Source: an uncultured delta proteobacterium
GTDB lineage: Bacteria > Desulfobacterota > Binatia > UBA9968
Direction: 5' to 3'
Assembly: GCA_963745835.1 (NCBI GenBank)
Contig: CAVUZH010000019.1
Coordinates: 352,001-416,000, forward strand
DNA: 64,000 nucleotides
A model generated the notes under the pieces. That model was not told the origin of the DNA. It saw only the letters and a list, made by a program, of their open reading frames with translations, and ran no database searches. Position 1 is the stretch's first letter; every line of letters starts with the position of its first letter. Below, piece after piece: positions 22,999 through 33,640 of this stretch. The translations under genes and the position numbers were made by a program.

Positions 22999-24714
22999 AT
23001 GAAACATTCTATGAACGAGCCTGTCCAACCACCGTCTTCAACCATCACCGGCGCCGAAGCCGTGGTTGAGATGCTGCGAGCCCACGAAGTCGAAGTGATC
23101 TTCGGCCTATGCGGCGATACCAGTTTACCGTTTTACGACGCGCTCGCGCGCCTGCCGCATGGCATGCGTCACATCCTCGCACGTGACGAGCGCTCCGCCG
23201 CCTACATGGCGGACGGCTACGCGCGCATATCGGGCAAAGTCGGCGTATGCGAGGGCCCGAGCGGCGGCGGCGTGACGTACATCGTTCCGGGGCTAGCCGA
23301 AGCCAACGAATCTTCCGTGGCGCTGCTCTGCATCAACTCGGATATTTCCGTTGTCGCGCGCGGTCGCTACACCTTGACGGCACTTGACCAAGGCGCGCTC
23401 ATGCGCCCGGTGACGAAGTGGAACAAAGTTCTCGATCGCGCCGGAGACATACCTGCGGTTTTTCGACAGGCGTTCCGGGAAATCACCACCGGCCGCCCCG
23501 GTGCGGCGCATATCGCTCTCCCCTTCGACGTACAAAATGGTTTCGTGAATCGCACCGAGGTTTGGGGCGAGGCAAAGTTCGGCAGCTATCCGGCCCAACG
23601 CACTGCACCCGACATGGATTCGGTCGAGCACGCCGCTCAGCTGCTGCGCGCGGCGGCCCGGCCGGTTTTTATTTGCGGCGGCGGTGTCGTCGTCTCCGCA
23701 GCGGAATCGGAACTGCTTGCGCTCGCCGAGCGGATCTCGGCTCCGGTAGCTACGACCATCAGCGGCAAGGGATCCATCGACGAACATCATCCCCTTGCCG
23801 CCGGCGTAGTCGGCTCCAACGGCGGGACGCCCGAAACCCGTTCCATCGTCGATCAAGCCGACCTAATCGTTTTCGTCGGCTGCCGCGCCGGCTCGGTGAC
23901 GACTGAACGCTGGCGCCATCCCGTGCCGGGCAAAGTGAAAATCGTTCATCTCGATGTCGACGCTGCGGTGCCCGGAACGAATTATCCAACCGCCGCCGCC
24001 GTTATCGGCGACGCCAAACTGGCACTGAGAATGTTGGATGAAGCTCTGGGAGACGTGCGGCGGCCACTCGATTCTGCGCTCGTGCAAAACGCCAAAGAGC
24101 AGAAATTCGCCAAGTTCCAGTCGCTCGCGGAATCGGCAGAAAAACCGATCAAGCCTGAGCGCGTGGTCGCCGCGCTCGCTGGCGCGATCGACCGCGATGC
24201 CATCATTGTCGCCGATGCCGGCACACCGTGTCCGTACTTGTCCGCCTACTATGAACTGCGCGGTGCGGGCCGGCGGTTTTTCTCCAACCGCGCTCACGGG
24301 GCTCTCGGTTACTCGCTGTCCGCCGCGATCGGCGCTCACCTCGCCAAGACCGCAGTAAAATGCATTTCAGTGATGGGCGATGGCAGCTTTGGATTTAGCT
24401 GCGGCGAGCTCGAGACCGCCGCGCGCTATTGCCTGCCGATTACTTTTGTGGTGATTGCAAACGCCAGCTACGGCTGGATCAAAGCCGGTCAGAAGTCCGG
24501 CTACGGCAAACGTTACTTCTCGGTGGATTTCGCTGCCACCGATCACGCCGCCGTCGCCAGCGCCTTCGGCGTCAAAAGCTGGCGTGTGACCGAACCCGTA
24601 AATGTTGCGACGACGCTGAAAGAAGCACTGGCGTACGGCGGTCCCAGCTTAGTCGATATCGTCTGCCAGCCGCTCGAGGAAGCCAACGCTCCGGTCTCGG
24701 AGTGGATTGCATGA
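22999..24714 (+). CDS. TPP-dependent acetolactate synthase-like enzyme
   Basis: RDERSAAYMADGYAR, GDGS...N TPP motif. Confidence 0.9.
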   Translation: MKHSMNEPVQPPSSTITGAEAVVEMLRAHEVEVIFGLCGDTSLPFYDALARLPHGMRHILARDERSAAYMADGYARISGKVGVCEGPSGGGVTYIVPGLAEANESSVALLCINSDISVVARGRYTLTALDQGALMRPVTKWNKVLDRAGDIPAVFRQAFREITTGRPGAAHIALPFDVQNGFVNRTEVWGEAKFGSYPAQRTAPDMDSVEHAAQLLRAAARPVFICGGGVVVSAAESELLALAERISAPVATTISGKGSIDEHHPLAAGVVGSNGGTPETRSIVDQADLIVFVGCRAGSVTTERWRHPVPGKVKIVHLDVDAAVPGTNYPTAAAVIGDAKLALRMLDEALGDVRRPLDSALVQNAKEQKFAKFQSLAESAEKPIKPERVVAALAGAIDRDAIIVADAGTPCPYLSAYYELRGAGRRFFSNRAHGALGYSLSAAIGAHLAKTAVKCISVMGDGSFGFSCGELETAARYCLPITFVVIANASYGWIKAGQKSGYGKRYFSVDFAATDHAAVASAFGVKSWRVTEPVNVATTLKEALAYGGPSLVDIVCQPLEEANAPVSEWIA

Positions 24715-24773
24715 GAAGGCGCTAGGCATCAGGCAAAAGTTTTCTTTCTTTCCATTAGCCGTTGCCTAATGCC

Positions 24774-25235
24774 TCAGTTCTTCAGTCGCACCTTCGAGCC
24801 GAATTGGGCGCAGTCTTCGTCGGTTTTGAGTCCAGCGGCGCGGATGCCGTGGGCGGCGAGTTCCTCGTCGCGCTCCTGAGTATCGCCGGTGACGCCGACG
24901 GCGCCGAGCAGCTCGCCATCGGCGTCGCGAATCAGCATGCCGCCGCCCTCGGGGAAAATCTGGTCGTCGGAAGCGCGGATCAGATACTGCATGAACAGCG
25001 GCCGCTCTTCGGTGCGCATGCGCACCAATGATGACGAGCGGCCGAGTGCGAGCGCGGCGTAGGCCTTACCGAAAGCCATCTCGAACCGCAGCATCGCGGA
25101 ATCGTCCTCTTTCTGGAATGCTTTGATCTTGGCGCCGGGCTCGACGACGATCACGCTCATAGGCCGGCAGCTCTGCTCACGAGCGCGGGCAAAGATGGCC
25201 GCGATGATCCGATTGGCTTGCTCCAGAGAAATCAT
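24774..25235 (-). CDS. GlcG/HbpS heme-binding protein
   Basis: AFGKAYAA, GGGMLI, GAVGVTG...DEELA. Confidence 0.88.
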   Translation of the reverse strand: MISLEQANRIIAAIFARAREQSCRPMSVIVVEPGAKIKAFQKEDDSAMLRFEMAFGKAYAALALGRSSSLVRMRTEERPLFMQYLIRASDDQIFPEGGGMLIRDADGELLGAVGVTGDTQERDEELAAHGIRAAGLKTDEDCAQFGSKVRLKN

Positions 25236-25342
25236 GCCGACCTCCTCGCTTGCCCAGGCATCGATTCAATCATCCGCGAAGATTGACCACATCTAACTTT
25301 GGCCCTGCCAAGCCGAAGGCCGGTATGCCGTTCGCTAGAACT

Positions 25343-26197
25343 TTAGCTGAACAGCACGGTTGCCAGCTCTGAGCGGTACTTGTCTGTCAGCGGATGGTCG
25401 GGCCCCAGCACTTCGAAGATCTGCACCATCGCTTTGCGCGCGCCGTCGTCCCGGAACTCGCGATCGCTTTTCACGATGTCAAGAAACTCACTCAGAGCCT
25501 CTTCGAATTTTTCATTAGCGGCCAACGCCTGAGCAAGTTCGAAGCGGGCCTCTAAGCTGTCCGGCTGAGCGGCCAGCTTCTGTCTCAAAGTCGCTTCGTC
25601 GACACTCTGATCGCCCTGCAGTTGCAAGCGCGCAATTAGACGATCGGCGATCTTTCGTTCTTCGGCGGCTGGCGAGATTCTTTCCAGAGTCTCCAGTGCG
25701 CCATCCCGATCGCCCGCATTCATCAGCACGCGGCCCAAGCCAAGTAACGATTTTGCGTGCGTCGGTTCTGCATCGAGAATGGACTGATAAATCGTCTGGG
25801 CGTCGGCTGATTTTCCCTGCTCTTCCAGGTCGGCTGCCTCATCGGCCTGCTCATCGTACTCGGAAGGCAAATATCTCGACAGCATCTCGCGCACCGCCGG
25901 CTCCGGTAACGCGCCGGTGAACTCGCCGGCAATCTCTCCATCCTTTATCAACTTGACTGCCGGAATACCCTGGACGCCGAACGCGCCCGCAATTGACGGG
26001 CTCTCATCGACGTTAATCTTGGCGAGCACGAACTTGCCGGAGTATTCGTCCGCCAACTTCTCGAGCACGGGGCCTAGTACCCGACACGGACCGCACCAGG
26101 GCGCCCAGAAATCAACCAGAACCGGAACCTCGTGAGAACGCTCCAGCACGTCAGCCTCAAAGTTATCCTCACCAGCTTCAATGGTCCAATCGTTCAT
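25343..26197 (-). CDS. cnoX: thioredoxin-TPR chaperedoxin (CnoX/YbbN)
   Basis: DFWAPWCGPC plus TPR C-terminus ending YRSELATVLF. Confidence 0.9.
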   Translation of the reverse strand: MNDWTIEAGEDNFEADVLERSHEVPVLVDFWAPWCGPCRVLGPVLEKLADEYSGKFVLAKINVDESPSIAGAFGVQGIPAVKLIKDGEIAGEFTGALPEPAVREMLSRYLPSEYDEQADEAADLEEQGKSADAQTIYQSILDAEPTHAKSLLGLGRVLMNAGDRDGALETLERISPAAEERKIADRLIARLQLQGDQSVDEATLRQKLAAQPDSLEARFELAQALAANEKFEEALSEFLDIVKSDREFRDDGARKAMVQIFEVLGPDHPLTDKYRSELATVLFS

Positions 26198-26229
26198 ATG
26201 CTCAAGGTAATCGATTCGTGCAACAAGAT

Positions 26230-26475
26230 CTACTTGGCGATAATCTCCTTGGCGAAATTGCGGACCTTCGCCGCCACCGGACGCATGCAGTAAACAATCG
26301 TTTCCTGTATCTCGTCTTCGCTGGCGCCATTCTCGCGTGCCTTGTCCAGGTGAAGCTTGGCGCCGTGTTCGTGCCCAATGGCGAAGTTCACCGCCATCAA
26401 GATCAGCTGAGCGGTTTTCGCATCAAGAGATCCTTCTCGATACTTTAAATTAAAGAACTCGGCTTCTTTTGGCAT
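26230..26475 (-). CDS. carboxymuconolactone decarboxylase/AhpD-like small protein
   Basis: LDAKTAQLI...HLDKARENGASEDEIQE; AGGAGG RBS. Confidence 0.85.
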   Translation of the reverse strand: MPKEAEFFNLKYREGSLDAKTAQLILMAVNFAIGHEHGAKLHLDKARENGASEDEIQETIVYCMRPVAAKVRNFAKEIIAK

Positions 26476-26502
26476 GACATACCTCCTAATGTTTTATTGG
26501 GC

Positions 26503-26994
26503 TCATTTACCATAGGAATTCGGCTCGAAGCGTGCGCCGTTGAGAGTGTACTCGCTTTTTACGTCTGTCGGATTGCGAATCGTTTGAATCACGTAGCATC
26601 CCGCTTCAGCATTGCGGAGGACTTTGGCGATTTTTTCGGCGGGCTCTGTGGATGTGACTTCGCAACGCGTCTCAACGCCCAAACCCTCCGCCCGAACTGT
26701 TTCCAGTAATACCGAACCTTCGTTCTTAAAGCGCGCGGTCACCAAGACCCTCGCTTTATCGATGTGCGTTTTGAGCATTTCCCCGTACCGGGAAATCTGG
26801 GTGAGCAGTCAAAATCCAACTGCAAGCCCGAAGTACGCTAGTGGCGGAGGCGCCGAGTTGTCGCCGCCGATCCGCTCGGCTTCGTCGCAGTAGACGGTAA
26901 AACCTCGCGCATGGCCTTCTTTGCGCATCCGCTCCATGGTCTCGGCATCCGCCTCCAAGACGATTTCCCGTTTCACTTGCATGTCATCAGTCAT
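26503..26994 (-). CDS. OsmC-family probable selenoprotein (TGA at 26809-26811 read as Sec)
   Basis: Two track ORFs are in frame: DEAERIGGDNSAPPPLAYFGLAVGF-U-LLTQISRY...AEAGCYV; hairpin ATTTCCC-GGTACG-GGGAAAT just after the TGA. Confidence 0.85.
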
Positions 26995-27207
26995 AAATTT
27001 TTTCCTCATGAAAGTTTGCGATGACCTGCAACATACGTGGATTTGAGCTGTCATTGCAACTTACTCGCAAGGCCAACGGAATTGTTCAGTCAACGCATCC
27101 GACTTGATTAAAGCCGAAGGCGGAGAGGGACGACATAGGACCGCAAAGCTTTGATGACGGCGGGGCCTGGCGGCCGGCCTTTTGCCGCTAGATTGCCAAC
27201 TCCAGAG

Positions 27208-28323
27208 CTATTCCTTTGATCGTTGCTCGTCAGCCAAAGATGCAGGGTAGGTCAACCGCTGTCTCTCCCCTTCTATATATTCTTCGGAGTAAAGATCCAG
27301 CAAAGCCCGTAGCAGAGCAAACACAACCGGGCCTAAGACAATTCCCAGCGCGCCGAACAGCGCAATGCCGCCCAATATGCCAAAGAAAAGAAGCAAAACT
27401 GGAAGACCCAGGCGATTACCGATTAGTAGCGGCTTTAAGACATTGTCGACGGTTCCAACAACCCCCAGACACCAGCCCATGAGTAAAAAACCCCGCAGCA
27501 TTTCGCCCTGAAAAAGGAGATAAAGACAGACCGGAATCGAAACCAAGGTCGAGCCGCCAACCGGCAGCAGCGCAAAAAAGGCCGTGACTACTCCCCATAA
27601 AGCGGCAAAAGGAACACCCGCCACCCAATAAGCCAATCCCGCTAGTAGTCCCTGGATGACGGCAACTACAAACGAGCCATGGATTACCGCAAGAACCGCG
27701 TCGACAATGTTTTTGAACAACCGCTCTTGATGCTCACGGTCCATCGGTAATAGCCGCTGGATACGGCGGAAGAAATCTTTGCCATCACGGAGCAGAAAAA
27801 AAAGTGTGAACAGCGCAATGATGAAATTGGCAATCACCAGCAAGATGTTCTGGGCGACGCCTTTTACCTGGGAAACGATGAAACCCGAAGATACCTGCGC
27901 GCCTTGGGCCAAGATCTCTTTCCAATTGATTTTGAAGTCGATCAGGCGAAACGAGATCACATCCCACCAGATAAGAATGCTCTGCACCCATGGCGTCTCT
28001 GCCCACCGGGCAAGACCGTCATCGGTCATCAGAGAACGCACCGTCTGCACCAGTGTGATCGCCTCGTCGGTCAAAAACCAGCCGAGCTCGATTCCCGGAA
28101 TGATGACGAGCATCGTAATCGCAACGATCACGATCAGGGCGGCCGGCGTGGCCTGCCAGCGCAACAATTTGAGCAGCCAGGCATAGACGGGATAGACCAG
28201 GATCGCCAGTATCACGGCCCAGGCAATCGCCTTTAAAAAAGGCGTAAGAATTAGAAAGGCGAAATATAGAATGAGCAGAAGCAGCGCGAAGAAAAACGCC
28301 GTGCCCAACCATTGACGATTCAC
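27208..28323 (-). CDS. AI-2E family transporter
   Basis: FFLLRDG, DNVLKP, GGIALFGALGIVLGP; multiple TM segments. Confidence 0.93.
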   Translation of the reverse strand: MNRQWLGTAFFFALLLLILYFAFLILTPFLKAIAWAVILAILVYPVYAWLLKLLRWQATPAALIVIVAITMLVIIPGIELGWFLTDEAITLVQTVRSLMTDDGLARWAETPWVQSILIWWDVISFRLIDFKINWKEILAQGAQVSSGFIVSQVKGVAQNILLVIANFIIALFTLFFLLRDGKDFFRRIQRLLPMDREHQERLFKNIVDAVLAVIHGSFVVAVIQGLLAGLAYWVAGVPFAALWGVVTAFFALLPVGGSTLVSIPVCLYLLFQGEMLRGFLLMGWCLGVVGTVDNVLKPLLIGNRLGLPVLLLFFGILGGIALFGALGIVLGPVVFALLRALLDLYSEEYIEGERQRLTYPASLADEQRSKE

Positions 28324-28562
28324 ACAAACCCCCTACCGCTAGATTCGGCTAGCCAACTCTACGCACAAGGTTCATTGGCTGCAAGCTATGTTGCGGGTTG
28401 TTCAGCCAGTTGCCACAGAGCAAGTTTGCTACTGCGCTGTAGCAAATCAACTACTCCTCGGAGACTGCGAGCGGCGCAGCGGATATTGTTCCGAATTAAT
28501 TCAGCAACTTGGTTTTGACCTGCATCATCGTTCGGCTGGTACAACCCTTGCGCTAAAGGGTT

Positions 28563-29684
28563 TTGGTGAAAGCACGACCATACATCGGCTACCGACCGCA
28601 GCTCAGAATTCAGGATCTTCGATCCGATCAGCACAAAGCCAAAGCTCGTCCATACGAGACGCTCCGGGCAGGCTCCGAGCCAAGCCGAAGATCGATTCAT
28701 CCAAAATGGACCGCAATTTTCGTTGTGGTTGTCACGCTGGCCGCCCTTGCGATTGTAGCCGAGGCGCAGCAGCCAAAAAAAGTCTGGCGGATCGGATTTT
28801 TATCCTCGATGGCTCCCGGCCCTTATGCGCATTTGTATAATGCCTTTCAGCAAGGGCTAGGCGATCTAGGCTATATCGATGGGCAAAACGTCATGATCAA
28901 AGCAAGATGGGCCGAGGGTAATACCGAACTCCTGCCGGGGTTAGCCGCGGATTTGGTAGAACAAAAAGTCGATCTCATCGTTTCAACCGGGGGGACTCTC
29001 ACCGCAATGGCGGCAAAAGCGGCGACGACCAACACCCCGGTTGTTTTCACCGCCGGCGGCGATCTTGTCAGAGTCGGACTGATTTCCAGCCTGGCGCGGC
29101 CAGGCGGTAATCTCACCGGACTGAATTTGCTGACCACCGAGCTCGGCATCAAACGTCTCGAGCTGTTGAAAGAAGCCTTCCCAAAAATTCGCCGCGTCGG
29201 CATTCTGGGAAATCCCACAAATCCAAACCACACGACTCAAGTAAACGAAACGCAAGCCGCGGCAAAGGAGCTGGGCCTGCAGGTCCAGGTACTGGAGGCG
29301 CGTAATCTGAACGAGGTGGAGGCCGTGTTTTCAAATCTATCTGAAAAGAGCGTCTCGGCGCTGCTCATGCTGCCGGATGCGATGCTCAATGCGCACCGGG
29401 AACGAAGCGCGGAGCTGGCAACCAAAAGCCGCGTTCCGGCGATCTTCGAATTCAAGGAGTTCGTCGAAGCCGGCGGTCTCATGAGCTACGGGACTAATAT
29501 CGTAGCCGTGTACCGGCGCGTCGCGGTCTATGTCGACAAGATTGTGAAAGGTGCCAAGCCGTCGGACCTGCCAGTGGAACAACCGACGAATTTCGAATTC
29601 GTGATCAACCTAAAGAGCGCTAAGCAGCTGGGATTGACCATTCCACCCAATGTCCTGGCTAGAGCAGATCGAGTCATACGATGA
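28563..29684 (+). CDS. SBP paralog 1 (true start uncertain, probably near 28700)
   Basis: Family motifs; signal peptide ends AEA-QQ. Confidence 0.9.
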   Translation: MVKARPYIGYRPQLRIQDLRSDQHKAKARPYETLRAGSEPSRRSIHPKWTAIFVVVVTLAALAIVAEAQQPKKVWRIGFLSSMAPGPYAHLYNAFQQGLGDLGYIDGQNVMIKARWAEGNTELLPGLAADLVEQKVDLIVSTGGTLTAMAAKAATTNTPVVFTAGGDLVRVGLISSLARPGGNLTGLNLLTTELGIKRLELLKEAFPKIRRVGILGNPTNPNHTTQVNETQAAAKELGLQVQVLEARNLNEVEAVFSNLSEKSVSALLMLPDAMLNAHRERSAELATKSRVPAIFEFKEFVEAGGLMSYGTNIVAVYRRVAVYVDKIVKGAKPSDLPVEQPTNFEFVINLKSAKQLGLTIPPNVLARADRVIR

Positions 29685-29694
29685 CCTGTTTGAA

Positions 29695-29830
29695 ACCCGA
29701 AATTCGAAATCCGAAGCTCGAAACAAATCGAAACGACAAAGGGGGGAAAACTCTGAACGGTGCTCGGGAACTCAAATTCCGCTTTCGCGTGCGTTTGTTT
29801 CGGATTTCGATATTCGGATTTCGGATTTTC
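29695..29830. repeat. heptamer-based inverted repeat (same family as 19684-19826)
   Basis: CGAAATTCGAAATCCGAAGCTCGAAACAAA ... TTTGTTTCGGATTTCGATATTCGGATTTCGG. Confidence 0.8.
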
Positions 29831-29839
29831 TTTAGATGG

Positions 29840-29883
29840 ATTCCCCCAACGTGCTGTCACGAGCCGATAAGGTGATCAGATAA
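29840..29883 (+). repeat. orphan SBP tail remnant
   Basis: IP-NVLSRADKVIR* with no gene body. Confidence 0.85.
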
Positions 29884-30268
29884 GTCCGATCCCGACGAGT
29901 TTGATGCGAGCAACGTCATAGGAGCCCTGGCCGGTTTTCATCACCGCTCGGCTGGTTTAGCAGCAAGCTTTGATTCAGAGATTAATGAGACAAAAAGCCG
30001 ACAATAGACTATGGTTGGGCCTCGCTTCCGCCGCAATCGGGAATAGCCAAGTCAAAGTATCGACGATCTGAGATCGGTGTGAAGTTTTGCAGTCTCCTCT
30101 CGCTCGCAAGCCATGCGGGCATGGCGGAAGCGTAGCAGCGGAATTTGCAACATCGACTTAGGTTTTCGACTACGTTGCAGTACGCCTTTTCTATCCTTGG
30201 CATCGGCCTACAACGAGCAAAGCAGATCAATCCAGCACCACTCCATTGGATGCGTCACCGCTAATGGA

Positions 30269-30331
30269 GCGGCCAATCAAATCGGTGACGATCCCGCGTC
30301 ACCTCCTGGCGCAGCGATTAAAATGATTTGA
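30269..30331 (+). repeat. degenerate orphan SBP tail remnant
   Basis: AANQIG-TIPRHLLA... Confidence 0.6.
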
Positions 30332-30389
30332 TAGCGCATTCGCCTTTCGACTTGCCGGGACACCTTCCAGTGCACTGACAAAAACTATC

Positions 30390-31379
30390 ATGCGAAAATT
30401 TTCTTTCACGGTCCTCATTGGCGTGCTGTTAGCATTGTGCGTTCCGGCACATGCGCAGCAAGCGGCGAAAGTTTTCCGCATCGGCTTCATGGCAGGTGTG
30501 AGTCCGCCTCCCGCCGAACCTTCGCGCTCCAACATAGAAGCTTTCCGCCACGGCTTACGAGAATTCGGTTACATCGAAGGAAAGAACGTCGTCATCGAGT
30601 CCCGATGGGCCGACGGTAAACTCGATCGACTTCCGAACCTCGCGGCGGAGCTCATTGGCCTTCAGGTCGAAGTTATCGTAACAGGCGGAACACCGGCGGT
30701 CATCGCCGCCAAGCAAACCACCAGCACAATTCCGATTGTTGCGGCAAGCGCAGATAACCTGGTAGAGGCGGGCGTGGTTGCAAGTCTCGCCCGGCCGGGT
30801 GGAAACGTTACCGGGTCGACGAGGGTCGATGCGGACTTCAGCGCAAAGCGCTTGGAGCTTCTGAAAGAAACCTTTCCCAAGCTTACTCGTCTAGCTGTGC
30901 TTTCTCATGGCGCCTTAGGAGGTGATAAGGAGGAGCTGGAAGAAACTCAGGCAGCAGCCGCCTCTTCAGGCGTTCAGATTGAATCCTTCCAGGTACAGGA
31001 CTCGAGCCGGTTTATCAGCGTTTATGCCGAGATGAAAAAAAAGCGCGCCGATGCCCTGATCATTTTTACCAGTAGCTTCACTTCATTTCACCGGAGAAAA
31101 CTCCTGGAACTCGCCACCGAAAGCCGTCTGCCAACCATGTGTGCCCAGGCGGCGTGGATCGATGCTGGTTGTTCCATGTCCTATGGACCGAATCTTACCG
31201 AATTTTACCGGCACGCAGCTTACTTCGTCGATAGAATCTTTAAAGGCGTCAAGCCAGCAGATCTTCCAGTGGAGCGTCCGAGAAAATACGAGCTGATCAT
31301 CAATCTAAAAACAACAAACCAGATTGGGCTGACGATCCCGCCGAATATTCTGGCGCGAGCGGATCGGGTCATTCGATGA
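30390..31379 (+). CDS. SBP paralog 2
   Basis: Family motifs; intact ORF. Confidence 0.93.
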   Translation: MRKFSFTVLIGVLLALCVPAHAQQAAKVFRIGFMAGVSPPPAEPSRSNIEAFRHGLREFGYIEGKNVVIESRWADGKLDRLPNLAAELIGLQVEVIVTGGTPAVIAAKQTTSTIPIVAASADNLVEAGVVASLARPGGNVTGSTRVDADFSAKRLELLKETFPKLTRLAVLSHGALGGDKEELEETQAAAASSGVQIESFQVQDSSRFISVYAEMKKKRADALIIFTSSFTSFHRRKLLELATESRLPTMCAQAAWIDAGCSMSYGPNLTEFYRHAAYFVDRIFKGVKPADLPVERPRKYELIINLKTTNQIGLTIPPNILARADRVIR

Positions 31380-32395
31380 GGCCTAAGCCCAAATCAGCAA
31401 GCGCAAAAGAAACCCCGATGAAAGCTAAGCTTGCGGGGTTCCTTTTAAGCGCCACGGTCCTTGTGCTTTGTGTTCCTGCCGATGCACAGCGACCAACGGG
31501 TAAAATTACGATTGGCTGGTTGTCTGCTGTTGGCGAGGGAAGCACCGGTCAACAGGAAATTATTCGAATTCTTCGTGAGTTCGGCTATGTCGAGGGCAAA
31601 AATATTCACTTCGAATTTCGTTATGCGCAAAACAAGCTCGATCGCCTCCCGGCTTTGGCTGAGGAGTTGGTCAGTCATAAAGTCGATGTACTCATTACAC
31701 CGGGCACACCGAGCGCCTTGGCTCTACGTAATGCTACTAAGACGATCCCGATAATTTTTGTCGATGTAACCGATCCAGTTGGGGCCGGGTTGGTCAAAAG
31801 CCTGGCCCGGCCTGGAAGCAACCTTACTGGTTTCAGCAGTATCGAGTCGGTACTGGTGGGAAAACGGCTGGAGTTGCTCAAGGAAACACTCGGTGATCTT
31901 TCGCGAGTAGCCGTGCTCTGGGATCCGCAGAATTCCGGCGCCCGACACGAATGGGAAGAGAGCCAACGCGCGGCGCGCGATCTGGGGTTGCGGCTTCACT
32001 CGATGGAAGTTAGTAGCGCCGATCAATATGAGCGGGTATTCGATCAAACATTCAAGACGCGCGGCACCGGGTTGGCGGTACTGTCGAATGCATTAGCGGC
32101 TTCTAGTCAGCAAACAATCGTTGATTTGGCGGCGAAACACCGGCTCGCGGCAATCTATTTTCGCAGGGAGTTTGTGGCTCTAGGTGGTTTGATGTCGTAC
32201 GGACCGGATCAGACTGAGCGCTTCAGGCGCGCAGCCGCACTGATCGACAAAATCCTCAAGGGCGCAAAGCCCGCCGATCTCCCAATCGAGCAGCCGACCA
32301 AATTCGAATTAGTGATCAATCTAAAAACAGCCAAGCAGATCGGCGTAACGATTCCGCCAAACGTGCTGGCGCGAGCGGACAGAGTGATTCGATAA
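31376..32395 (+). CDS. SBP paralog 3 (alternative start 31418)
   Basis: Family motifs; ATGA overlap with paralog 2. Confidence 0.93.
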   Translation: MRPKPKSASAKETPMKAKLAGFLLSATVLVLCVPADAQRPTGKITIGWLSAVGEGSTGQQEIIRILREFGYVEGKNIHFEFRYAQNKLDRLPALAEELVSHKVDVLITPGTPSALALRNATKTIPIIFVDVTDPVGAGLVKSLARPGSNLTGFSSIESVLVGKRLELLKETLGDLSRVAVLWDPQNSGARHEWEESQRAARDLGLRLHSMEVSSADQYERVFDQTFKTRGTGLAVLSNALAASSQQTIVDLAAKHRLAAIYFRREFVALGGLMSYGPDQTERFRRAAALIDKILKGAKPADLPIEQPTKFELVINLKTAKQIGVTIPPNVLARADRVIR

Positions 32396-32421
32396 CGTGA
32401 CGTGACGCAACGAGCAACAGT

Positions 32422-33408
32422 ATGCAAGCTTTGATTGCTGCCATTGCGGTGTGCGCGACATTGTCCGCGCCTGGCTCTCACGCCTCGGCGCAAACTGCGC
32501 GTGGAGTTTACCGTCTCGGCTTTCTCTCCCCGTCTGGTACCCTCGAGCCTTCCATCCCGGGCACCGCAAACCTTGTCCCCAAGCTGCTGCGGGATTCCGG
32601 CTATGTCGAAGGCCGAAACTTGGAAGTACAGCGCCGCTTCGCTGACGGCAGAATCGACCGTCTGCCACAATTGGCGAAGGAACTGGTCGATTTGCGCATG
32701 GATGTAATTGTCGCCGTCAGCCCGACTGCCATCAAGCCTGCACTCGATGCGACCAAAACAATTCCCATCGTCATGGGATTCGGTAAGGATCCTGTCAGAG
32801 ACGGATTCATCACCAGCCTTGCCAAACCCGGCGGAAACATAACGGGTGTCGTCGTTGCGCCCGAAGACGTGCTTGCAGGTAAGCGGTTGGAATTGATCAA
32901 GGAGGCCGTCCCGCAGGCGGAGACCATCGCCCTTCTGGGGACAGGTGAGCCGAGCTCGCGATTGCAGGTTGAAGAGGCACAGAAAGTTGCGCCGGCGCTA
33001 AATGCGAAACTTCGAGTAGTTGAACTGCAGGACGGCGACTACGAGAAAGCCTTCCGGTTCATCGTGCAGGAGAAAGCCGGCGCCATGTTCGTGCTCGCAA
33101 GCCCAATCCTCAACGCAGGGCGCGATCGCATCATCGAACTCGCCGTGAAGCACCGTGTTCCGGCAATTTATGAGTGGCCGGAGCAAGCAGAGATCGGTGG
33201 TATGATGGCTTACGGCAGCAGTCTTGCAGCGTTATCACGGCGGGTGGCCTGGTACGTCGAGCGAATTCTGAAAGGGGCGAAACCCGGAGATCTCCCTGTG
33301 GAGCAACCGACGAAGTTCCAGTTGGTGATCAATCTCAAAACCGCCAACCAAATCGGTCTGACGATTCCACCGCACATTCTGGCGCGAGCGGATAGGGTGA
33401 TCAAATGA
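32422..33408 (+). CDS. SBP paralog 4
   Basis: Family motifs; intact ORF. Confidence 0.93.
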   Translation: MQALIAAIAVCATLSAPGSHASAQTARGVYRLGFLSPSGTLEPSIPGTANLVPKLLRDSGYVEGRNLEVQRRFADGRIDRLPQLAKELVDLRMDVIVAVSPTAIKPALDATKTIPIVMGFGKDPVRDGFITSLAKPGGNITGVVVAPEDVLAGKRLELIKEAVPQAETIALLGTGEPSSRLQVEEAQKVAPALNAKLRVVELQDGDYEKAFRFIVQEKAGAMFVLASPILNAGRDRIIELAVKHRVPAIYEWPEQAEIGGMMAYGSSLAALSRRVAWYVERILKGAKPGDLPVEQPTKFQLVINLKTANQIGLTIPPHILARADRVIK

Positions 33409-33640
33409 GGCTGAGAGTCATTCAGGTCGTTATAGCTGTTCTGCTCTTTGCGCTTAGCTTTCCAGCCCAGGCGCAGCAGCTCAAGAGCGCCCTCGGATAG
33501 AATTCCTAACTATCTAGTCTCTTCTGTTTTTCCCAAGGGGCGCATTGTGCTTTTCGCAGCCGGCTATGCGAGCTTGAGTAGCTAGAGGGAAAGAACATTG
33601 CCATTGACATGGTGATATTCACAGACAAAACGGGATCGCT
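33405..33640 (+). pseudogene. decayed SBP 5' fragment
   Basis: MRLRVIQVVIAVLLFALSFPAQAQQLK, then frameshifts and stops; EGKNIAID remnant. Confidence 0.75.

Noticed and set aside
27110-27190. GC-rich stretch with GGCGGAGAGGG resembling a tRNA 3' end on the minus strand
   Set aside because: No T-loop or cloverleaf; only about 11 nt of similarity.
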